Of a stretch of DNA of 64,000 bases, positions 58,301 to 64,000 are shown piece after piece; the stretch's first letter is position 1; every line of letters begins with the position of its first letter. Both the position numbers and the translations under genes were made by a program. The notes beneath the pieces were generated by a model. The model had not been told where the DNA came from and did no database searches. It was given only the letters and a program-made list of their open reading frames with translations. Source of the stretch: Rhodospirillaceae bacterium (lineage in GTDB: Bacteria > Pseudomonadota > Alphaproteobacteria > SMXQ01); NCBI GenBank assembly GCA_947474495.1, contig CANJIM010000003.1, positions 8,826 to 72,825 of the forward strand. Direction: 5' to 3'.

Positions 58301-58839
58301 GCCTCAAGGTCATCAGCTCGGCGGCGATCGCCACGCAGTTGATCGGCACCGAGCAGGCCCGGGTGAAGCTCGCCGGCACCGTGGTCAGCAAGAAGGAGCG
58401 CACCTCGGCGCGCGGCAACCGCTTCGCCTTCGTCCAGCTGTCCGATGCCAGCGGCATGTACGAGATCACGCTGTTCTCGGAAGTGCTGGCGGCGGCGCGC
58501 GACCTGCTGGAGACCGGCAAGGCGGTCATGGTCACGGCCGACGCCAAGCGGGACGGCGAGGGGGTCCGCCTGCTCGGCAATCGCATCCAGCTGCTTGAGG
58601 AAGTGGCGGCCAGCGCCGCCCCGACCCTGCGGGTCCATCTCATCGAGGAGACGGCCCTGGCGGGGGTTAAGACGGTGATCGCCGGCATTCCCAAGGGCCG
58701 CGGCTCGATCAGCCTGGTGCTGGATTTGGGGCCCGATCATGAAGCGGAACTGCAGATTCCGGGCGGTTTTGCCATTACCCCGGCCTCGACCGGCATGTTG
58801 ATGACCCTGCCGGGCGTCGCGAACGTCCAGGAAATCTAG
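55351..58839 (+). CDS. dnaE: DNA polymerase III alpha subunit
   Basis: HLRVHTAYSLL, GPGRGSGAGS, MPDFDIDF, KFDFLGL, YGFNKSH. Confidence 0.98.
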   Translation: MPSYADFVHLRVHTAYSLLEGALKNYKLAELCKKYAMPAVAMTDSRNLFGAYEFSMAIADVGVQPIIGCELAIKRDDGQAPGAAAPVGRTPDPDKMVVLAQTQAGYANLVKLLSRAYLDGVPGEAAQVSLAELAAMSDGLIALVGAPDSPVGRLLLTGQEDAARARLDLLQKAFGDRLYIELQRHNMDDELRLEAKILDLAYARNIPLVATNNVFFSDEGMYEAHDALLAIADGAQVVEINRRRLTPDHRFKSPAEMRALFADLPEALDNTLVIAQRCAFMATNQKPVLPAFPSSGGRTEAEELHTQAAQGLEERLAVHLFTSEMDEAARELAARPYRERLAFELNVIETMGFPGYFLIVSDFIKWAKQHDIPVGPGRGSGAGSVVAWALTITDLNPLQFNLLFERFLNPERISMPDFDIDFCQDRRDEVIRYVQEKYGRDRVAQIITFGKLQARAVLRDVGRVLGLPYGQVDRICKLVPNNPAKPVTLTQAIDGEPALQQMRDEDPTVAKLIAMAIKLEGLYRHASTHAAGVVIGNKPLDEIVPLYRDPRSDIPATQFSMKYVEQASLVKFDFLGLKTLTVLQKAVELIRARGDQIDLATLPLDDKKTFDMLAKADVTGVFQLESSGMRDVLRKLKPDRFEDIIAIVALYRPGPMDNIPKYIACKHGREQPDYLYPSLEGILKETFGVIIYQEQVMQIAQELSGYSLGGADLLRRAMGKKDAGIMAQQRQEFTKGAVARGVAEKQAGQIYDQVDKFAGYGFNKSHAAAYALVSYQTAYLKANYPVEFLAASMTLDLGNTDKLNTFRQELSRIGVKLLPPDINKSFPVFAVEEQADGSKAIRYALGAVRNVGLAAMESVVRERAANGPFKDLFDFAGRCDPKAVNKRLLESLSAAGAFDSLHKNRAQSHAGVEAMVAHAQASANERTSAQVSLFGGDPTLAPTAKALPQITDWPAMERLRYEFDAIGFYLSAHPLDAYAKSLQRLKVISSAAIATQLIGTEQARVKLAGTVVSKKERTSARGNRFAFVQLSDASGMYEITLFSEVLAAARDLLETGKAVMVTADAKRDGEGVRLLGNRIQLLEEVAASAAPTLRVHLIEETALAGVKTVIAGIPKGRGSISLVLDLGPDHEAELQIPGGFAITPASTGMLMTLPGVANVQEI

Positions 58840-58944
58840 GGATTTAGCTGGCCGGGCCGAGCAGAAATGCCCGCAAGCCCGCGGAATTCAAGGGTTTGAC
58901 CCTTGCAAAATGGGCCTTGAGCGGCTATTTAACCGCCACTTTCA

Positions 58945-59043
58945 ATCCCACACGCGGGCTCGAGGACTGACGGGGAGACATCCCTCAGCCCTTTCCGGTG
59001 TCCAGATATCTGGGCATTTCCCGCGGCGGCATAACCGGAGAAC
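58945..59043 (+). ncRNA. rpsB 5' leader (S2 autoregulatory element, t44-like)
   Basis: Structured leader starting CCCACACGCGG with internal hairpins, between a TTGCAA/TATTTA promoter and rpsB; boundaries approximate. Confidence 0.55.
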
Positions 59044-59049
59044 ATGATC

Positions 59050-59925
59050 ATGGCGATCCCGACTTTCACGATGCGCCAGCTCCTTGAAGCTGGCGTCCAC
59101 TTCGGCCACCGTACCGGCCGTTGGAACCCGAAGATGGCTCCGTACATCTTCGGCGAACGCAATGGCGTTCACGTTATCGATCTTCAGCAGACCGTGCCGG
59201 CGCTCTATCGCGCCCTCCAGGTCGTGCGCGACGTGACCTCGAAGGGCGGCCGCGTGCTGTTCGTCGGCACCAAGCGTCAGGCCTCCGAGAAGGTCAAGGA
59301 AGCCGCCGCTCGTTGCGGCCAGTATTACGTCAACCACCGCTGGCTCGGCGGCATGATGACCAACTGGAAGACCATCTCGGTCTCGATTAAGCGCCTCAAG
59401 GAGCTCGAGGAGATGTTCTCCACCGAGCAGAGCAACCGCACTAAGAAGGAGCTGCTGACCTTGACGCGCGAGCGCGACAAGCTCGAGCGCGCCATGGGCG
59501 GCATCAAGGACATGGGCGGCCTGCCCGACGTCCTGTTCATCATCGACACCAACCGCGAGAAGATCGCCGTCGAGGAAGCCAACAAGCTCGGCATCCCGGT
59601 GATCGCCATTCTCGACAGCAACTCCGACCCGGCCGGCATCACCTATCCGGTCCCGGGCAACGACGACGCGATCCGCGCCATCGAGACCTATTGCACCTTG
59701 GTCTCGGACGCCGTGCTCGACGGCATCCAGCAGGAAATGATCGCCTCCGGCGTCGACATCGGCGCGGCCGAGCAGGCTCCGGTGGAAGCCCTGGAGGCCG
59801 CTCCGGCGGCCGAAGCGGCGGCTCCCGAGGCGGCCAAGCCGGCCCGTGGTGCCAAGAAGGCCCCGGTGGTCGAGCGCAAGAAGTCGCGCGCCGTGAAGGG
59901 CGAAGCAGAAGAAACCGTCGCCTAA
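59050..59925 (+). CDS. rpsB: 30S ribosomal protein S2
   Basis: [30 protein letters not shown]. Confidence 0.98.
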   Translation: MAIPTFTMRQLLEAGVHFGHRTGRWNPKMAPYIFGERNGVHVIDLQQTVPALYRALQVVRDVTSKGGRVLFVGTKRQASEKVKEAAARCGQYYVNHRWLGGMMTNWKTISVSIKRLKELEEMFSTEQSNRTKKELLTLTRERDKLERAMGGIKDMGGLPDVLFIIDTNREKIAVEEANKLGIPVIAILDSNSDPAGITYPVPGNDDAIRAIETYCTLVSDAVLDGIQQEMIASGVDIGAAEQAPVEALEAAPAAEAAAPEAAKPARGAKKAPVVERKKSRAVKGEAEETVA

Positions 59926-59973
59926 TAGCGATATCAATATGTTACGATCTGACTTTTAAGTTCGAGGTTAAAG

Positions 59974-60897
59974 ATGGCGGAAATTACCGCAGCGCTCGTG
60001 AAGGAACTTCGCGAGAAGACCGGCGCAGGCATGATGGACTGCAAGAAGGCGCTCAACGCCACCAGCGGCGAGCTTGAGCCCGCCGTCGACTGGCTGCGCA
60101 AGCAGGGTCTCGCGGCGGCCTCCAAGAAGGCCGGCCGCGTGGCCGCCGAAGGCCTGGTCGGCGTGTTGACCACCGGCAAGGACGGCGTGCTCATCGAGGT
60201 CAACTCCGAGACCGACTTCGTCGCCCGCAACGAGACCTTCCAGGACTTCGTGCTCAAGGCCGCCGACGTCGCCCTCAAGGCGAACGGCGATATCGAGGCG
60301 GTCAAAACGGCGGCTTATCCCGGCGGCAAGACCGTCGGCGACAAGCTTACCGAGCTGGTCGGCTCGATCGGCGAGAACATGCAGCTGCGCCGCGCGGTGA
60401 AGCTGTCGGTCGGCCAGGGCGCCGTCGTCAGCTACGTCCATTCGGCCGTGGCGCCGAACCTCGGCAAGATCGGCGTGCTGATCGCCCTCGAGTCGACGGC
60501 CGACGCCGACAAGCTGGCGCCGCTCGGCAAGCAGATCGCCATGCATGTGGCGGCGACCAATCCGCAGTCCCTCTCGATCGAGAGCCTGGACAAGGCGGCG
60601 GTCGAGCGCGAGCGCAACGTGCTGGCCGAACAGGCGCGCGCGTCGGGCAAGCCCGAAGAGATTATCAACAAGATGCTCGAAGGCCGTCTGCGCAAGTTCT
60701 ACGAGGAAGTCGTGCTGCTCGAGCAGGTCTACATCATCGACGGCGAGTCGAAGGTGTCCAAGGTCATCGCCGAGGCCGCCAAGACGGTCGGTGCGCCGGT
60801 CAAGCTCGTCGGCTTTAAGCGCTTCGCTCTCGGTGAGGGCATCGAGAAGGCACAAACCGACTTCGCCGCCGAAGTGGCGGCGACCGTCGGCCACTAA
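59974..60897 (+). CDS. tsf: Elongation factor Ts
   Basis: [26 protein letters not shown]. Confidence 0.98.
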   Translation: MAEITAALVKELREKTGAGMMDCKKALNATSGELEPAVDWLRKQGLAAASKKAGRVAAEGLVGVLTTGKDGVLIEVNSETDFVARNETFQDFVLKAADVALKANGDIEAVKTAAYPGGKTVGDKLTELVGSIGENMQLRRAVKLSVGQGAVVSYVHSAVAPNLGKIGVLIALESTADADKLAPLGKQIAMHVAATNPQSLSIESLDKAAVERERNVLAEQARASGKPEEIINKMLEGRLRKFYEEVVLLEQVYIIDGESKVSKVIAEAAKTVGAPVKLVGFKRFALGEGIEKAQTDFAAEVAATVGH

Positions 60898-61024
60898 CGC
60901 TTCCAACGGCCCGGTTTCAAAGACCGGGCCGTTCGCTATACGCGTCTTGATTAGGCCGCAGTCTCGGGCGATCTTCGGCGCGCAAATACAAAGACCAGCC
61001 CCAGAGATTAACTAGGGACCTGAC

Positions 61025-61750
61025 ATGGCCGCCACCGCTTCCCGCTACCGCCGCGTTCTCTTGAAGCTGTCTGGCGAAGCGTTGATGGGCGATGGCGAGT
61101 TCGGCCTCGACCACGGCACGGTCAAGCGCCTCGCCGAAGAGATCAAGGCGGTTCATGCCGACGGCACGCAGGTCTGCCTCGTGGTCGGCGGCGGCAACAT
61201 CTTCCGCGGTATCATGGGCGTCACCGCGGGGCTCGAGCGGGCCAGCTCGGACTACATGGGAATGCTTGCCACGGTCATCAATTCGCTGGCCCTGCAAAGC
61301 ACCCTGGAAGCCATGGCTGTGCCGACGCGCGTCTGCTCGGCCATCCCGATGCAGACCGTCTGCGAGCCCTATATCCGTCGCCGCGCCATCCGCCACATGG
61401 AGAAGGGCCGTGTCGTGATCTGCGCCGCCGGCACCGGCAACCCGTTCTTCACCACCGACACCGCCGCCGCGCTGCGCGCCGCCGAAATGGGCTGCGACGC
61501 CCTGCTCAAGGGCACCCAGGTGGACGGCGTCTATTCCGCCGATCCGCACAAGGTCGCGGATGCGACGCGTTACGAGACGTTGAGTTACATGGAGGTTTTG
61601 TCCAAAGACCTTAAGGTCATGGACGCCGCCGCCATTTCATTGGCCCGCGAAAACAGAATTCCGATTTTGGTCTTTTCCCTTCATAATCCGGGGTCTTTGG
61701 CCGATGTTGTGTCCCACCGCGGCAAATTCACCATCATTAGCGAGACCTGA
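61025..61750 (+). CDS. pyrH: UMP kinase
   Basis: [27 protein letters not shown]. Confidence 0.98.
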   Translation: MAATASRYRRVLLKLSGEALMGDGEFGLDHGTVKRLAEEIKAVHADGTQVCLVVGGGNIFRGIMGVTAGLERASSDYMGMLATVINSLALQSTLEAMAVPTRVCSAIPMQTVCEPYIRRRAIRHMEKGRVVICAAGTGNPFFTTDTAAALRAAEMGCDALLKGTQVDGVYSADPHKVADATRYETLSYMEVLSKDLKVMDAAAISLARENRIPILVFSLHNPGSLADVVSHRGKFTIISET

Positions 61751-61753
61751 AAC

Positions 61754-62311
61754 ATGGCCGACCCCGATATCAGCGACATCCAGCGGCGCATGGACGGCGC
61801 CCTGACGGCGCTCAAGACCGAATTCACCGGCCTGCGGACCGGCCGCGCCTCGGTCAGCCTGCTCGACCGCGTCATGGTCGATGCCTACGGCTCGATGATG
61901 CCGATCGCCCAGGTCGGCACCGTCAACGTGCCCGAGCCGCGCATGATCACCGTCAATGTGTGGGACAAGGGCCTCGTCATCGGCGTGCAGAAGGCGATCC
62001 GCGAAGCCGGCCTCGGCCTTAACCCGGCGGCCGACGGCCAGCTGGTGCGCGTGCCGATTCCTGAGTTGAGCCAAGAGCGCCGCACCGAGCTGGTGAAGAT
62101 CGCGCACAAATATACCGAAGGGGCCCGAGTCTCCGTGCGCAACGTGCGCCGTGACGGCATGGATCTGCTGAAGAAGATGGAAAAGGACGGCAAGCTGTCG
62201 CAAGACGAGCAGCGGACCTGGGCCGATAAGATTCAGGCTATGACCGACTCGCATATCGGCGAGATCGACAAGGCTCTGACGGCCAAAGAAAAAGAAATTA
62301 TGCAGATCTGA
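61754..62311 (+). CDS. frr: Ribosome recycling factor
   Basis: LRTGRAS, RNVRRD, KEKEIM. Confidence 0.98.
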   Translation: MADPDISDIQRRMDGALTALKTEFTGLRTGRASVSLLDRVMVDAYGSMMPIAQVGTVNVPEPRMITVNVWDKGLVIGVQKAIREAGLGLNPAADGQLVRVPIPELSQERRTELVKIAHKYTEGARVSVRNVRRDGMDLLKKMEKDGKLSQDEQRTWADKIQAMTDSHIGEIDKALTAKEKEIMQI

Positions 62312-62315
62312 GTCG

Positions 62316-63050
62316 ATGGCCAGCTTGCCCCGTCAGCCGGCGGCGGCGACTCCGCCGACCCATATCGCCATCATCATGGACGGCAACGGCCGCTGGGCGA
62401 ACGCGCGCGGCTTGCCGCGCATCGCCGGCCATCGCCAAGGCGCCGAATCGGTGCGCCGCGCGGTCGAGGGCTGCATCGAACTCGGCGTCTCCTATCTGAC
62501 GCTGTTCGGCTTCTCGTCGGAGAACTGGAAGCGTCCGGCGGAAGAAGTCACCGACCTGATGGGCTTGCTCAAGCGCTATCTGCAAAGCGAGATCGCCGAA
62601 CTGTACAAGAACGGCGTGCGTCTGCGCGTGATCGGCGAGCGTGGCCGTCTCGCGCCCGATTTGGTCTCGCTGATCGAAAACGCCGAGCGCATGACGGAGA
62701 ACAATACGAAGCTGCATCTGACGCTGGCGCTGAATTACGGCAGCCGCATGGAGATCGCCACCGCCGCGCGCAACCTGGCCGCCGCTGTTCAGGCCGGCTT
62801 GGTGCGCATTGAAGCGATCGACGAGCGGCTGTTCGCGGGTTTTCTTGGCACCTCTGACGTGCCCGATCCGGATTTGGTGCTGCGCACGAGCGGCGAGCAG
62901 CGCTTGAGCAACTTCCTGTTGTGGCAATCGGCTTATGCCGAACTGCTGTTCTTGGATGTGCTGTGGCCCGACTTCAACAAATCGCACCTGGAAGACGCCA
63001 TTCATGAATTTAATCGTCGCGAAAGACGATACGGCGCCTCCAGCGGATAG
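62316..63050 (+). CDS. uppS: Undecaprenyl diphosphate synthase
   Basis: IIMDGNGRWA, FSSENWKRP, RTSGEQRLSNFLLWQ. Confidence 0.97.
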   Translation: MASLPRQPAAATPPTHIAIIMDGNGRWANARGLPRIAGHRQGAESVRRAVEGCIELGVSYLTLFGFSSENWKRPAEEVTDLMGLLKRYLQSEIAELYKNGVRLRVIGERGRLAPDLVSLIENAERMTENNTKLHLTLALNYGSRMEIATAARNLAAAVQAGLVRIEAIDERLFAGFLGTSDVPDPDLVLRTSGEQRLSNFLLWQSAYAELLFLDVLWPDFNKSHLEDAIHEFNRRERRYGASSG

Positions 63051-63051
63051 C

Positions 63052-63873
63052 ATGGACATTGGCGCGTTACGGGTGAGGGCGATATCCGCTCTGGTATTGG
63101 CGGTTCCGGCCTTGGCGGCGGTCTATGTCGGTGCGCCGGTCTTCGATCTGCTGCTCGGCGTCGTCGTTTTGCTGATGGCCTTCGAATGGGATCGGTTGTG
63201 TGCCGGCCCGCGCAACCTGTCTTCTCGTGCCAACGATCCGGCGACCTGGGCGCTCGTCCTGGCGATTTTCGCCATTGTCTTGGCGGCCGTGCTGCAGGCC
63301 CGCGGGTTGGCGCTGTCGCTGACCCTGGCAGGTTTTGCCGCCGTTTTCCTGATCGCCCGCGGCATCGAGCGGCGCGCGCCTCTGTTGCAGGCTCTGGGTG
63401 CGCTTTACATTGGCGTCCCTTATGTCGCCTTGGTATGGCTGCGCGCCGATCCGGCCAATGGCCTCGTCACCTTGTTCTGGCTGCTCGGCATCGTCTGGGC
63501 GACCGATACTGGCGCGCTGTTCGCCGGGCGTAGCATCGGCGGCCCCAAGCTGGCCCCCGTCATCAGTCCCAATAAAACCTGGGCCGGCCTGGCCGGTGGC
63601 ATGTTGGCCGCCGCTGTCGTCGGCATCGGCTTTGCGCTCTGGCTCGGCAGCCCGGTCGGTCTGGCGGCGCTGATCAGCGCCGGTCTCGCCGTCGTCGCGC
63701 AAGCGGGCGACCTGGCCGAGTCGCTGGTGAAGCGCCATTTCGGCGTGAAGGATTCCGGTACGATCATTCCCGGCCATGGCGGCATTTTCGACCGCGTCGA
63801 CGGCCTGCTGGCGGTGGCGCCCGTCTGGGCGCTGGTCGTTCTTGTCAGCGCCGGCTGGGAGCTGTGGCCATGA
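63052..63873 (+). CDS. cdsA: Phosphatidate cytidylyltransferase
   Basis: WATDTGA, ISPNKTWAG, GDLAES..KR, KDSG..IPGHGG..DRVD. Confidence 0.96.
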   Translation: MDIGALRVRAISALVLAVPALAAVYVGAPVFDLLLGVVVLLMAFEWDRLCAGPRNLSSRANDPATWALVLAIFAIVLAAVLQARGLALSLTLAGFAAVFLIARGIERRAPLLQALGALYIGVPYVALVWLRADPANGLVTLFWLLGIVWATDTGALFAGRSIGGPKLAPVISPNKTWAGLAGGMLAAAVVGIGFALWLGSPVGLAALISAGLAVVAQAGDLAESLVKRHFGVKDSGTIIPGHGGIFDRVDGLLAVAPVWALVVLVSAGWELWP

Positions 63874-64000
63874 GCGTCGCCGCCCGCAAGCCGACGATGC
63901 GGACGCGCCGGGACGGCGTGGGACCGCGCTCGATTACCATTCTTGGATCGACCGGCTCGATCGGCTGCAACACGCTCGATCTCGTCGCGCGCAACATGGA
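63870..64000 (+). CDS. dxr: 1-deoxy-D-xylulose 5-phosphate reductoisomerase, 5' fragment
   Basis: Not in the ORF track. ATG overlaps the cdsA stop; translates to ...ITILGSTGSIGCNTLD. Confidence 0.93.
   Translation, partial: MSVAARKPTMRTRRDGVGPRSITILGSTGSIGCNTLDLVARNM

Noticed and set aside
55351-58839. Intein in DnaE, or an unusual PHP domain
   Set aside because: Length of about 1160 aa is normal, no splicing motifs, and degenerate PHP ligands are typical of proteobacterial DnaE
59750-59925. Ala/Glu/Lys-rich C-terminal tail of RpsB
   Set aside because: Variable low-complexity tails are common in S2 proteins
60905-60933. Hairpin after tsf as a terminator or REP element
   Set aside because: Strong stem but no U-tract and no second copy in the window; probably an mRNA stability or pause hairpin

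Overview
GC-rich alphaproteobacterial chromosome segment; gene order and a tRNA-His retaining G-1/C73 suggest a Rhodospirillales-like organism. Most of it is conserved core: parE, glnB-glnA, tRNA-His, nnr, tRNA-Leu, tig-clpP-clpX-lon-hup, tRNA-Val, tRNA-Asp, nuoA-N, birA-coaX-rnj, proS-lolE-lolD-dnaE and rpsB-tsf-pyrH-frr-uppS-cdsA-dxr. An accessory block of about 13.5 kb lies between tRNA-His and nnr. It holds a nitroreductase, an HtrA-like pseudo-protease, a hybrid kinase, an uncharacterised aromatic-catabolism cluster and dadA. I saw no integrase, transposase, prophage or CRISPR array. The best leads are: (1) a G/U-rich segment in the glnA 3' UTR that is complementary to repeats beside the glnA RBS (candidate feedback sRNA); (2) an 86-aa unknown gene behind a perfect DnaA box, a perfect CtrA box and a GANTC site; (3) an extradiol dioxygenase/FAH/MhpA-like/YciI/amidohydrolase cluster with atypical active-site residues; (4) a racemase-fold protein lacking both catalytic Cys; (5) a tandem-domain secreted protein broken by a 1-nt frameshift; (6) a His-rich insertion in trigger factor. 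All calls come from reading motifs by eye; no searches were run.
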